NCBI RefSeq assembly: GCF_002087085.1
Contig: NZ_MWQY01000007.1
Location: forward strand, 1-64,000
Direction of reading: 5' to 3'
DNA length: 64,000 nt
Below the pieces are notes generated by a model. It made no database searches. It saw only the letters and a program-made list of their open reading frames with translations, and had not been told where the DNA came from. Below, piece after piece: positions 1-9,601 of the stretch (position 1 is the stretch's first letter; each line of letters begins with the position of its first letter). Made by a program: the position numbers and the translations under genes.

Positions 1-2917
1 AAGCAAGTACCGCCCCGTTGATGTCCACCGCTCCGGTTCCGCTTATGACGATGTTCCCGCCAGTGCTTGTTATTGGGAATCCAATAGAAATTGGATTATT
101 CGCGATCCCGTTGATATCAACAAGACCGACCGCCTCGATGAACCCTCCTTGAGAAAAACCTGCAGCATCCAAATCGAGGCTCAAAAGGTCGGCTGTCGTA
201 CCCCAGTTACCCGAAGAACTCACCGTTCCTCCAGTTCCCCCGTTTATCGTCAGGCCATAGCCGCCAGTTATTTCGGCAAAAGTCAGGTTCGCTCCGGCGG
301 GATTGCCATTGGACGTAGTATCGATAACGGCGGTGTTCGTCAAGCTCAGGGTAGTAGTGTCCAGATTTATGGCCCCGCCCTCACTCAGGATTGATCCCGC
401 CAGGGATTTTACACCCGACACAGCTGTCAGCCCGTCAACAAAGCTAACAACGTCACCTCCAGCGTTGCCGAAGGAAATCGATCCGGTGTTACCCAAGGTT
501 GTGGCTCCGGCGATGCTGGTTGACTGGGCACCTGTGCTGTCATTGAAGCTCAAATCGAAGGCCACGCCGGCGCCGACGCTCAATCCCGTTGAAATGGTCA
601 GAGCGTCCGGGAAGCTAATGGAACCGGCGGTCTTGTTGAGAACCACGGAATCGAAAGAGTTCCCACCGGAAATGACTGTCTGGCCTCCGTTTCCATCGAA
701 CTCAACGGTGCCGTTGTTGTGAGAGAAGGTGCTCGGGGCAAAATCTCCACCTATATAGGTTATGCCACTGGTGGCGCTATAGGTATCAATACCCAGATCC
801 CCCGAAAAGGTAATATTGCCGCTGCCCGCGGTAATCGACCCTCCGCCGGCGGTATCGTCGCCGACGGATAAGGTTCCCGCGGTTGCAGTGAGGGCACCGT
901 CGACAAACAGTCCCTGATTGAGCGTAAGATTCTGATTGCCGACATCGAAGCTTGCCCCCGCCTCGATAATAAGCTGCCCAACAGTAGGACTGACGCTTCC
1001 ATTATCGAGGTCGGGCCAGACCGGCAGAGCCGGCGACGCCGGGATATAGGCGGAATCAGCTCCCCCCGGAACTCCGACGGGGCTCCAGTTGGCGTTATCA
1101 TTGAATATCGTAGAACCTGCAGCACCGGTCCAGACGTAGCTGTTTGTCAAAGCGGAAACAGTGCTTATCTGGGCGGTATCGACAACATTCCAGCTTAAAC
1201 CGTTGTCATAAGAAAGCTCAAGGTATCCCGCGGTCTCGGTTGCCCCGGCCGTCACCTGTATACCGTCGATGGTCATGATATCACCGACAGAGAATGTCGC
1301 AGATGGTTCTATTGTGATAATACTCCCACCTGCATTCGTGTACGAGGCGGCGCTAATGTCCCCGCCGCCGATGGCAAAGTCCAGGGCGGAGGCAGCGAAG
1401 CTTGCATCCAGCCCGCCAGGGATGCGTAGCTGCAGGGTTTCCGTTCCGCCGGATCTGGTAATAACCGTCGAGCCTCCGGTCTCTGTTATGATTACCCGCG
1501 GCAGAGTTGCCGTGGTGCTGAGATCGATTTCGGTATTGCCGGCGGTCTCCAGACGGGGCTCCGGATCCGTTTCGAAGGAGATCGCAGCTGTCTCATTGGC
1601 GCTCGAAAAGATGTCCACCGTTACATTGACGATTTCAATTGCAGAGCCGACGACACCGACTGTCGCCAGTCCGTCGCTATCTGTTGTAACCGATTGGCTC
1701 TGCGCCGAAGCTACCGCCCCGCCGTTTACATAATCGATCGTCGCGCTGCCACCCACATTGACAGTGATGGACATGGAATACGGAAGAGGTGTCCCGGAAG
1801 AGTCAACGATCTGCAGGGTAACCGTCTCTATGTCGGTCCCGTTGTTCACAGCAATACCGTCTTCGGCGGTAACTGCTACATAATCCGGATTCGTCGATAC
1901 AGGAGATTCAGCCCCGTAAGCCCGTACCACACCGTCATTGGCGTCGAAGGCCGCCGCCGTCGATCCGTTATCCAGGGAGAAAAAGATCTCGGCGGCATCC
2001 TGGTATCCAGAACCGGAGCCCTCGGTGAGTTCCATACGCCAATACCCGTTGGTTTCTATTGTGGTAATCGTATGGTATGCTTCCGTAACGTCGTCCGGAA
2101 AATTTGTCGCGCCTCCATCCAGACTGGTGCCATTGATAACCAGTACAGTGGATTTATTGTACAGATCGGCGGTGTTACCGGTACTGTCGAAGTCCCAGCC
2201 GTGTACTCCCAGATCTTCGCCGTCCATAGCGTTGGATACAAAGGGATAGATCGTCCAGTCCGGTGCTCCGTCACCGGTCTCCGCGTTATAGATGGGCCAG
2301 GAATAAGCAAAGCTCCGCACTCCGCTGATCTGGGTCGGTACCCCGCTGCTGAAACGGGAAAGATCCAGCTGAAACGCATTTTTATAGTTGCCTCCATTGG
2401 TAGCCGCGTCGACGACGACCTTGAAGTAGACCTTGGTTCCGAGCTGTTCCCCGTCGGATAGTTTCACTCCGCCGAAGTAGGTCCAGTGAGAACTCTCGCT
2501 GCCGGTGATGTTATAATTAGCCGTATTGTCGGCAGTAAAGAACCCGAGCTGTCGGCCAGCCTGGGTTTCTCCCAGAGAGCCAAATATTCTTTGCCGGGAA
2601 CTTGCATCGGTCAGAGCTCCGGTTCCTCCGAAAAGGTAATAATCGGTGGAACCTGAATTCTGGTCCGGTACTGCACCGTCGGAGCCAGCGTCGTTAATTC
2701 CGATATAGATAAACTCGTCGTCCGCTACCGCATCGGAGGGAACTTCGAAAAAGACAACGGCAAACAGGTCAGCGCTGCCAGAGCCCAGAGTAGCCGCTTG
2801 CTGCAGCCAGTTGTTGGGTTCCGCAGGGATATTGCTCTGGCTCCAGACAGAAACACAGGGAAAGATTATCGATGCAACCAGGAGAAGAACAATAGATATT
2901 CTGCGGTCAAGCAACAC
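1..2917 (-). CDS. Very large secreted/surface protein, beta-strand-repeat (adhesin/autotransporter passenger-like); 5' part only, runs off the left edge of the window
   Basis: Absent from the ORF track because no stop falls in the window. GTG at 2917 follows a purine-rich RBS (AAAGAGGAAAA) and gives MLLDRRISIVLLLVASIIFPCVSVWSQ (signal peptide). The same frame is open at the left edge (..GFPITSTGGNIVISGTGAVDINGAVLA). G/T/N/S-rich, with a YVWTG...NW motif near 1140-1085. I spot-checked the frame rather than translating every codon. Confidence 0.8.
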   Translation of the reverse strand, partial: MLLDRRISIVLLLVASIIFPCVSVWSQSNIPAEPNNWLQQAATLGSGSADLFAVVFFEVPSDAVADDEFIYIGINDAGSDGAVPDQNSGSTDYYLFGGTGALTDASSRQRIFGSLGETQAGRQLGFFTADNTANYNITGSESSHWTYFGGVKLSDGEQLGTKVYFKVVVDAATNGGNYKNAFQLDLSRFSSGVPTQISGVRSFAYSWPIYNAETGDGAPDWTIYPFVSNAMDGEDLGVHGWDFDSTGNTADLYNKSTVLVINGTSLDGGATNFPDDVTEAYHTITTIETNGYWRMELTEGSGSGYQDAAEIFFSLDNGSTAAAFDANDGVVRAYGAESPVSTNPDYVAVTAEDGIAVNNGTDIETVTLQIVDSSGTPLPYSMSITVNVGGSATIDYVNGGAVASAQSQSVTTDSDGLATVGVVGSAIEIVNVTVDIFSSANETAAISFETDPEPRLETAGNTEIDLSTTATLPRVIITETGGSTVITRSGGTETLQLRIPGGLDASFAASALDFAIGGGDISAASYTNAGGSIITIEPSATFSVGDIMTIDGIQVTAGATETAGYLELSYDNGLSWNVVDTAQISTVSALTNSYVWTGAAGSTIFNDNANWSPVGVPGGADSAYIPASPALPVWPDLDNGSVSPTVGQLIIEAGASFDVGNQNLTLNQGLFVDGALTATAGTLSVGDDTAGGGSITAGSGNITFSGDLGIDTYSATSGITYIGGDFAPSTFSHNNGTVEFDGNGGQTVISGGNSFDSVVLNKTAGSISFPDALTISTGLSVGAGVAFDLSFNDSTGAQSTSIAGATTLGNTGSISFGNAGGDVVSFVDGLTAVSGVKSLAGSILSEGGAINLDTTTLSLTNTAVIDTTSNGNPAGANLTFAEITGGYGLTINGGTGGTVSSSGNWGTTADLLSLDLDAAGFSQGGFIEAVGLVDINGIANNPISIGFPITSTGGNIVISGTGAVDINGAVLA

Positions 2918-3005
2918 GTTTTTCCTCTTTCTAAATATAGGTAATACAGCGATTTGAATTTATCATACTCTTCGATTTTTTTCTAAAACAATCTTTTCCA
3001 AATTG

Positions 3006-3035
3006 CAAGTTACCCCTCCATAAAGGGGTAACTTG
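3006..3035. terminator. Perfect 12-bp inverted repeat (terminator, mRNA-stabilising hairpin or operator)
   Basis: CAAGTTACCCCT-CCATAA-AGGGGTAACTTG, downstream of the 3107..5404 gene; no clear U-tract on the transcribed strand. Confidence 0.5.
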
Positions 3036-3106
3036 AGAAAAGGATTTACATGGGGGTCTAAGGAAGAGGAGTATCGTTGATTCCGGACTCACCTGGAACC
3101 CAATAT

Positions 3107-5404
3107 TCACTCAGCCAGAAAGATGGAGACAGCTTCGGAGACTACATCCGGTTCAAGTACTGTGGCTACTCCATTCTTCCAGACCACCGCTTCAGTCGCA
3201 GCTTCCGTCGTCTGAGTTCCAGCCAGATAAACGTCGGAGCCATCCACGGCAATACCAGTGGCACTGGTGGGAAAACTGGAATCCTCACCAAACAGGTCGG
3301 TCTGGACAGAGCTGTCATCAAGCCACCAGGCCGCCCGTTTGCCGGGGAGGTCCAAATCGAAGTAGGATCCGGCTGCGTACACATTACCCGAATCTACCCA
3401 GATCCCGCTGGCCTGGGCACCGACACTGTTCAGCTGTATTTCCGTCGATACACCTTCCCGCCAGTACGCTGCCGTTCCCGTATTGTAGCGTCCGGCGATG
3501 AAGGCATTGTTTCCATTATGATAGATAGCCTGGGCATTGGAACCGGCTCCTCCGCTGAGTATGCTCAAACCCGTTGCGGTATCGATCCAGTAAACCGCCA
3601 GCTGCGAAGTCGAAACACCCGACACATAGACTCTTCCCGCATCGTCCAGCTGAACATCCGTGCCTCTTGCGTAGCTGCCACGCTGCAACTCGAATTCCGA
3701 AACAGCGCCGTCGTCGCTCCAGTAGACAGCCCCTGTACTCATGGAGCCGTCCCAATAATAGCCTGAGACGTACACCGTGCCCTCGGTATCGACGATAATC
3801 CCTGTGGCCCGCGCATTGACCGCGAGATCACTGCCGGCAATACCGTTCTTCCAGTAAACGGCCACATCACGACCCGAGGAATCCCGATAAAATCCTGATA
3901 CGTAAACATTACCATCGCCGTCGACATGTATGTCAGTAGCTTTGGATGCACTCAAAGGGTGCAAGTCAATTCGATTGACGGTGGTATCTTCTGCGATCCA
4001 GTACGCCGCCACGGAATAGGAGTCTGGCGTATAATTACCTGCAATGTAGGCTTTTAACGCTTCTTCTCCCGGATCATTAGGATCATAGGGATTTTCATAC
4101 CAATCCCTGGCCTCTAAACCTCCGCTTAAGCGCCAATCAGTAAAATCAGGGTAGAGCTCCTCAATGCGCTGACCTTCATCCGGATGTACCCAGTCTATGG
4201 GAATTAACAGAGCCCAGGGAAATCCATCATCGTCGATAAATCGAACTTCCGGGTTTATTGACCTGCTGAGAGATTCAGCATCCGCCAGATGTATATCATG
4301 GCGAGTATCGTACACATACAGATAGGGGTTGAATGGAGGCCGGGAAAGAAGTGCCGTTCCCTCCGGTGCAGCATCATCCAAGAAGTATTGAGGAGAATCA
4401 AAATCCAGTACAAAGTAGGCCTCTTTTCCTAGCGCTTTATCCGTACGTGCGAAAAGCACTATCTCCGCGGGAGCTCCGACCCTGCGGGCCAGCCTGGCTT
4501 CATTGCCGCCGCTATTGATAAATGTTCCACTGAGAGCTGCTTTCCCCTCAAAAGAGTCAATACGGAGCCCGAAAGCATGATTATATCCGGCCAGCTTCTG
4601 CAGCGCTTTCGCCTGGATGATAAGCCGTTTAACCCTGCCTTCGGCATCCAAGATTTCCTGAATATTATAGTTTGCGATAAAATCGTTATAATCAGCGTCT
4701 CCCGCGTTGGCCTGTCCGAAGAGATCTTCGAATGCGATGGTAATATTCTGGTCCGCAGGTATATTCATGACAAAGGCTGAGTCAGGATCGTCAGGAAATT
4801 CGTCATATTTATCGGGAACACCGTCACCATCACTGTCCCGCATAGGTCCGATACCCCTAGCACCTGCTGAAAGGCTTATCGAGTTGCCTGATGAGGACTG
4901 AACCATGGAGACGGTGCGGCGGATATGCGAGAAAGCCGCCATATCATCAATCGATATCGTCCGTGAGACATACCCTTCGGCTTCTATCTTGAGCTGATAC
5001 ACCTTCGGCGCCGCCGGCAGAACCAATTCGGCTTTCACTACCTCGTCGGCTTTTACCGAGGTTGAGTAAAGACGATTCCCTCCCTGATCCCAGAAGCTCA
5101 GGAAAATCAAGGGAATATCATCCGGAAGACTCAAGGAAAAGTCCAAGGGCTGTGGATTTTCACCGCCACTACCTTCGTAAAGCCTGAAATCAAGCTCGAC
5201 CGAGGAGCTCAGCAAGGTTTCGAAAGTAAAATCATCCCGGCCGGTTCGCGCTTCGTCTTCTATCTGGTCCGGCGGAAGAACAAAGACCGTATTCCCCGTT
5301 GCCCCGGCGTCGGAGCTTTCGTCCAGGGGCATCTGGCACGCCACGATTGTAAACAAAACCAATACCAAAGGGAATAATCTAGATATTCTCTTCTTCACAT
5401 ACAT
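3107..5404 (-). CDS. LruC-domain (DUF4842-like) lipoprotein with TSP3-like Ca-binding repeat and C-terminal beta-propeller repeats
   Basis: Lipobox FTIVAC; DSDGDGVPDKYDEFPDDP; FEDLFG...GDADYNDF and PWALLIP...W.HP.E motifs typical of LruC domains; C-terminal YVSG...A.YW repeats. Confidence 0.75.
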   Translation of the reverse strand: MYVKKRISRLFPLVLVLFTIVACQMPLDESSDAGATGNTVFVLPPDQIEDEARTGRDDFTFETLLSSSVELDFRLYEGSGGENPQPLDFSLSLPDDIPLIFLSFWDQGGNRLYSTSVKADEVVKAELVLPAAPKVYQLKIEAEGYVSRTISIDDMAAFSHIRRTVSMVQSSSGNSISLSAGARGIGPMRDSDGDGVPDKYDEFPDDPDSAFVMNIPADQNITIAFEDLFGQANAGDADYNDFIANYNIQEILDAEGRVKRLIIQAKALQKLAGYNHAFGLRIDSFEGKAALSGTFINSGGNEARLARRVGAPAEIVLFARTDKALGKEAYFVLDFDSPQYFLDDAAPEGTALLSRPPFNPYLYVYDTRHDIHLADAESLSRSINPEVRFIDDDGFPWALLIPIDWVHPDEGQRIEELYPDFTDWRLSGGLEARDWYENPYDPNDPGEEALKAYIAGNYTPDSYSVAAYWIAEDTTVNRIDLHPLSASKATDIHVDGDGNVYVSGFYRDSSGRDVAVYWKNGIAGSDLAVNARATGIIVDTEGTVYVSGYYWDGSMSTGAVYWSDDGAVSEFELQRGSYARGTDVQLDDAGRVYVSGVSTSQLAVYWIDTATGLSILSGGAGSNAQAIYHNGNNAFIAGRYNTGTAAYWREGVSTEIQLNSVGAQASGIWVDSGNVYAAGSYFDLDLPGKRAAWWLDDSSVQTDLFGEDSSFPTSATGIAVDGSDVYLAGTQTTEAATEAVVWKNGVATVLEPDVVSEAVSIFLAE

Positions 5405-5460
5405 ACTCAGCCTCTTCAGAAAACAACATTGATATTACCATAAATATAGACAAAAGCGGA

Positions 5461-6510
5461 TCATTGCGCCAGATAAATCGCGTTTGCTCTGGATTCGGTT
5501 CCCGACTCCAGGGGGACCACAGCGCCGTTTTTCCAGTAGATGGCTTCGGTAACTGTTGCAGTAGTCTGCGTTCCAGACACATAGATATCGGAGCCGTCTA
5601 CGGTGATGTCATAGGCGGAAGTCGCGTAGTTGGAGTCCTCACCAACAAGCTCGGCCTGCGGTGATGAGTCATCGAGCCACCATGTTGCACGACGATTGCC
5701 ATATGTAAGGCTGACAAAATAGTCCCCAGTCACATAGACACTGCCGTCATCGACCCATATACCGTAGGCATGCCCACCAGGTGAAACAAGATCGGTTCGT
5801 GTCGACGAGTCAGTCTGCCAGTAAGCGGCAGTTCCTGATTGGTATCGCCCTGCTATGAAAACATTGGTTCCATCATGAAAGATTCCCTGGGCAGTCGATG
5901 TAATGGTAGTGTCCAATTCGGCAAGGCCGGATGAATTGTCCAACCAGTAGGCAGCGTAGTTATTCACAGTTTTACCTGAAACATAGACTGAAGATCCGTC
6001 AAGAATAATATCAGTTGCTCTTGCATTAATTCCGCTGCCGAGCACTGTCTCACTTATTGATCCGTCGTCAGTCCAGTATACTGAAGCGTTGTATTCAGAA
6101 AGATTCCAATAGTATCCAGACACATATACTGTCCCTCCGGAATCCACGGTTATCCCCGAAGCCTGGGCAGAATTAGTCATGGGATTACTGAGGTCGCCGC
6201 TCTGCACCCCGTCCTTCCAGTAAACAGCCACCTGTATATCCGATGCGTTGATATAATATCCCGAAATATAGATGCTGCCGCTGTCGGTGATGAAAATGTC
6301 CGTGGCTTGGGAATCTTTCAACGTGGGAACATCCAGATCGACCCGCGTTATGGTCGTCCCGTCGTCGGTCCAGTAGGCGGCAGCCGTATAGCTGAGGCCG
6401 GTATCATAATAACCGGCCACATAAACGGTAATTCCTCCATCATCCGGCGGAGAAGTGTTACACCCGAAAAAAAACAGAAGGATCAGAAGCATATATAGGA
6501 AATTCTTCAC
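5461..6510 (-). CDS. Beta-propeller-repeat lipoprotein, paralogous to the C-terminus of 3107..5404
   Basis: GTG start, lipobox FFGC, about seven repeats of A.xI.V(D)G..VYVxG...A.YW. Confidence 0.8.
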   Translation of the reverse strand: MKNFLYMLLILLFFFGCNTSPPDDGGITVYVAGYYDTGLSYTAAAYWTDDGTTITRVDLDVPTLKDSQATDIFITDSGSIYISGYYINASDIQVAVYWKDGVQSGDLSNPMTNSAQASGITVDSGGTVYVSGYYWNLSEYNASVYWTDDGSISETVLGSGINARATDIILDGSSVYVSGKTVNNYAAYWLDNSSGLAELDTTITSTAQGIFHDGTNVFIAGRYQSGTAAYWQTDSSTRTDLVSPGGHAYGIWVDDGSVYVTGDYFVSLTYGNRRATWWLDDSSPQAELVGEDSNYATSAYDITVDGSDIYVSGTQTTATVTEAIYWKNGAVVPLESGTESRANAIYLAQ

Positions 6511-6696
6511 AAGGCTGCTCCCATTGATCCTGAGAAAGGCACGGTGCTGCCGTCGGTTGATCTAAAGAAGCAGAATCTAATGGCAACTGGATCACGTTTT
6601 ATTTGTATCGACACTTTTTAGTCGACAATGTAATTATAACACTTCAAAATAAAAATACCAATTCACGTTGGTAAAAAGAGTTGCAGGTAAAATTGT

Positions 6697-7045
6697 TCAG
6701 AGAGACAATACGATGAAGTCTAAAGGGATTCCTTCACCATCCAGCACCTAGGAGCGATTCATTTCCCCGGGCTGGTAATAATCCGGCTTTCCGTACTTGC
6801 CCGCCGGTCCCAGACGATAGACCATGATCCAGGGAACCTCGCCGTTAACCAGCCAGTACTCCCGGACTCCGTATTTTTTTTTCATAGAGGTTCAGCTTTG
6901 CGGTCTGGTCTTTATAGCCGGTGGATTCAGACAGCAGCTCCACGGCAGGGTCCGGGGCTCCGTGGGCCCCCCCCGTTCATCCAGACGGCCAGGCGACATA
7001 GTCGGTGTAGGTGTAGGGTCTCTCCTGTGGTTTCGGCACAGCGAT
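6697..7045 (-). pseudogene. Decayed Uma2-family (PD-(D/E)xK) endonuclease
   Basis: AGGAGG RBS followed by ATC (probably a mutated ATG) then AVPKPQERPYTYTDYVAWP; after a deletion/frameshift HGAPDPAVELLSESTGYKDQTAKLNLYEK, then YGVREYWLVN. These match Uma2 motifs YTY.DY..WP, GAPDLVVEILS.ST and YGV.EYW. Contains stops and frameshifts. Confidence 0.8.
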
Positions 7046-7181
7046 GGGTACCTCCTGCATGTTTACCATAGTATAGCCCCGAATATACAACAGAAAAAGA
7101 GCTGCCCTCAAACAGACCTCTTTGACCCTCACACCCCCCCTCTGGTAGAATCGAAGACGCAGATAACAGACGAGGTGGCGG

Positions 7182-8438
7182 ATGATTCAGACAGTTTTTC
7201 CCGTTGAGTCCCTGGAGGGGTCAATCACCATTCCGGGCTCCAAATCCCACACTATCCGGGCGCTGCTGATCGCCTCCCTGGCGGAGGGGGAAAGCCTGCT
7301 CTCGTCGCCCCTGGACTCCTCGGATACCCGCTCCTGCATTGTCCTCTGCCGCGCCCTGGGGGCGGAGATTACCGAGGAGGATTCCGCCTGGCGCGTACAG
7401 GGGACCGGGGGGATTGTAAAACCCGTCGAAGACGAGATTGATGTCGGAAACTCCGGGACATCCCTGTACCTGGGGGCGGGAGCCGCGGCTCTGGGGAAAA
7501 AGAAGATAGTCCTGACCGGGGACGAACAGATCCGCTCCCGGCCTGTTCAGCCCCTGATAAGCTCCCTGAGCGACCTTGGGGCCGATGCGGTCAGCGTAAA
7601 GAAAAACGGGTCCGCCCCTATACGCATAAAGGGCCCCCTGAAGGGGGGAAAAACACGCATTGAATGTCCCACCAGCCAGTATCTCTCCAGTCTTCTCCTG
7701 GCTCTGCCCCTGGCGGAGGGAGATTCTGAGATAGAGGTCCCCCTGCTCCACGAGAAACCCTATGTGGAAATGACCCTGGACTGGCTGGACCGCCAGGGTA
7801 TCCGTTACGAGAACGATGGTTTTGCCAGGTTCAGGATTTTCGGAGGACAACGCTACTCCGCCTTCGAAAGTCTGATTCCCGGGGATTTTTCCACCGCCAC
7901 CTTTTTTCTCTGTGCCGCGGCCATTACCGGATCGACCATAACCCTGGAAAACCTGCACATGAATGATCCCCAGGGCGACAAGGAGGTGGCGGAAATCCTG
8001 GCCCGCATGGGCTGCGCCGTTACAATTCAGAAACGGGCCATCACAATCTCCGGAAAGGCCATGGAAGGGCGGGTCATCGACATGAACGCCATCCCCGATG
8101 CCCTGCCCGCCATGGCGGTAAGCGCCTGCTACGCCCGGGGTACGACGGAACTCGTCAATGTTCCCCAGGCCCGGCTCAAGGAGACCGACCGCATTGCCGT
8201 CATGCGGGAAGAGCTCTCCAAATGCGGCGCCGATATCGAGGAACGTTCCGACGGGCTGGTAATACGGCACTCCCCCCTTAAAGGCGGGACTGTATGGAGT
8301 CATCGGGACCACCGTATCGCCATGGCCATGGCCGTCGGGGCCCTTGGGGCGGAACGTCCCATCGCCATTCGGGATGCCGAGGTTGTGGCGGTTACGGTTC
8401 CCCAGTTTTTTCCCCTCTTACGTTCACTCTACACCTGA
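7182..8438 (+). CDS. aroA: 3-phosphoshikimate 1-carboxyvinyltransferase (EPSP synthase)
   Basis: PGSKS, GNSGT, SQYLS, RLKETDR and DHRIAM motifs. Confidence 0.97.
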   Translation: MIQTVFPVESLEGSITIPGSKSHTIRALLIASLAEGESLLSSPLDSSDTRSCIVLCRALGAEITEEDSAWRVQGTGGIVKPVEDEIDVGNSGTSLYLGAGAAALGKKKIVLTGDEQIRSRPVQPLISSLSDLGADAVSVKKNGSAPIRIKGPLKGGKTRIECPTSQYLSSLLLALPLAEGDSEIEVPLLHEKPYVEMTLDWLDRQGIRYENDGFARFRIFGGQRYSAFESLIPGDFSTATFFLCAAAITGSTITLENLHMNDPQGDKEVAEILARMGCAVTIQKRAITISGKAMEGRVIDMNAIPDALPAMAVSACYARGTTELVNVPQARLKETDRIAVMREELSKCGADIEERSDGLVIRHSPLKGGTVWSHRDHRIAMAMAVGALGAERPIAIRDAEVVAVTVPQFFPLLRSLYT

Positions 8439-8457
8439 GATACAAGGAGTTTATGCT

Positions 8458-9480
8458 ATGAAAATCTATGATCTGCGAAGCGACACAATTACCCGTCCCT
8501 CCGGCGAGATGCGCAAGGCCATGCACAAGGCCGAGGTGGGGGACGATGTCTACGGTGAGGATCCCACCGTCAATCTGCTGGAGGAGACCGCCGCAAAAAT
8601 GACCGGAAAAAAGGCGGCCCTATTTGTGCCCTCCGGCTCCATGGGCAACCTGATACCCCTCTACGTACAGTGCGGCCGGGGCAACGAGGTGATCCTTCAC
8701 GAAAACAGCCACATAATGCATTACGAGCTTGCTTCAGCCGCGACTATTGCCGGCGTCATGCCCCGTCCTGTACCGGGGGAACGGGGTATCCTGACACCGG
8801 AAGCGATCCGCCCCCATCTGAGGCCGGACATCTACTATATGGCCCGGACCGGTCTTATCGAGATCGAGAACACCCACAACAAGGAGGGGGGCACCTGCTG
8901 GACGGAGGATGAGCTATCTGCAATTCACCGTTTTGCAAAAAAGCACGACATCCCCGTTCATCTGGACGGCGCCCGGGTATTCAATGCGGCAGTGCATACG
9001 GGAATCCCGGTTAAAAAGATCTGCTCCTACGTGGACACGGTAACCTTCTGCCTCTCCAAGGGACTGGGCGCACCGGTGGGGAGCCTTCTGTGCGGAGATT
9101 CGGAGTTCATCGACGAAGCGCGGCGGATCCGGAAGATGCTGGGCGGCGGTATGCGGCAGGTGGGAATCCTGGCCGCGGCGGGTCTTTATGCCCTGGAGCA
9201 CAACATTGACAGGCTCCGGGAGGATCATCTGAACGCAAAGAAACTGGCGGAGGTCCTGAACAACGTCTCCTGGGCAAAGGTGGATCCTGACAGCGTCGAG
9301 ACGAACATCCTTTTTGCGACGATCCCCGATGGGAACGCCGCGGCGGTCTCGTCGGCGCTGAAAAAGAAGGGCGTCCTCTGTTCCGGCGACGGCAACCGGC
9401 TGCGATTCGTAACCAGCATGGAGGTAAGCTCCCAGGATATCCGGGAAGCCTGCGACATAATAGCGGCATTAAAAATATAA
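8458..9480 (+). CDS. ltaE: Low-specificity L-threonine aldolase
   Basis: DLRSDT, GDDVYGEDPT, ENTHN, HLDGAR and SKGLGAPVGS motifs; start placed at the ATG after AAGGAG. Confidence 0.95.
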   Translation: MKIYDLRSDTITRPSGEMRKAMHKAEVGDDVYGEDPTVNLLEETAAKMTGKKAALFVPSGSMGNLIPLYVQCGRGNEVILHENSHIMHYELASAATIAGVMPRPVPGERGILTPEAIRPHLRPDIYYMARTGLIEIENTHNKEGGTCWTEDELSAIHRFAKKHDIPVHLDGARVFNAAVHTGIPVKKICSYVDTVTFCLSKGLGAPVGSLLCGDSEFIDEARRIRKMLGGGMRQVGILAAAGLYALEHNIDRLREDHLNAKKLAEVLNNVSWAKVDPDSVETNILFATIPDGNAAAVSSALKKKGVLCSGDGNRLRFVTSMEVSSQDIREACDIIAALKI

Positions 9481-9490
9481 TTTTATATTT

Positions 9491-9572
9491 GGAACAAAGA
9501 TAAACAGGATGGGAATGATGAATAGCCGGGATAATATATATCCCGATCTTTAGTATCCTCCCCATCCTGTTT
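9491..9572. repeat. Compound inverted-repeat element between convergent ltaE and htpG (REP/MITE-like, probable bidirectional terminator)
   Basis: AAACAGGATGGG...CCCATCCTGTTT outer arms enclosing a CGGGATA...TATCCCG inner hairpin; followed by a T-rich run. Confidence 0.55.
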
Positions 9573-9601
9573 CTATTTCTTTTTTCTTTTTAACAGCTGT
9601 A

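Noticed and set aside
149..2461. Several plus-strand ORFs of 80-255 aa
   Set aside because: Antisense shadows of the large minus-strand surface-protein gene.
6824..7207. 127-aa plus-strand ORF before aroA
   Set aside because: Antisense to the Uma2 relic; no recognisable motif.
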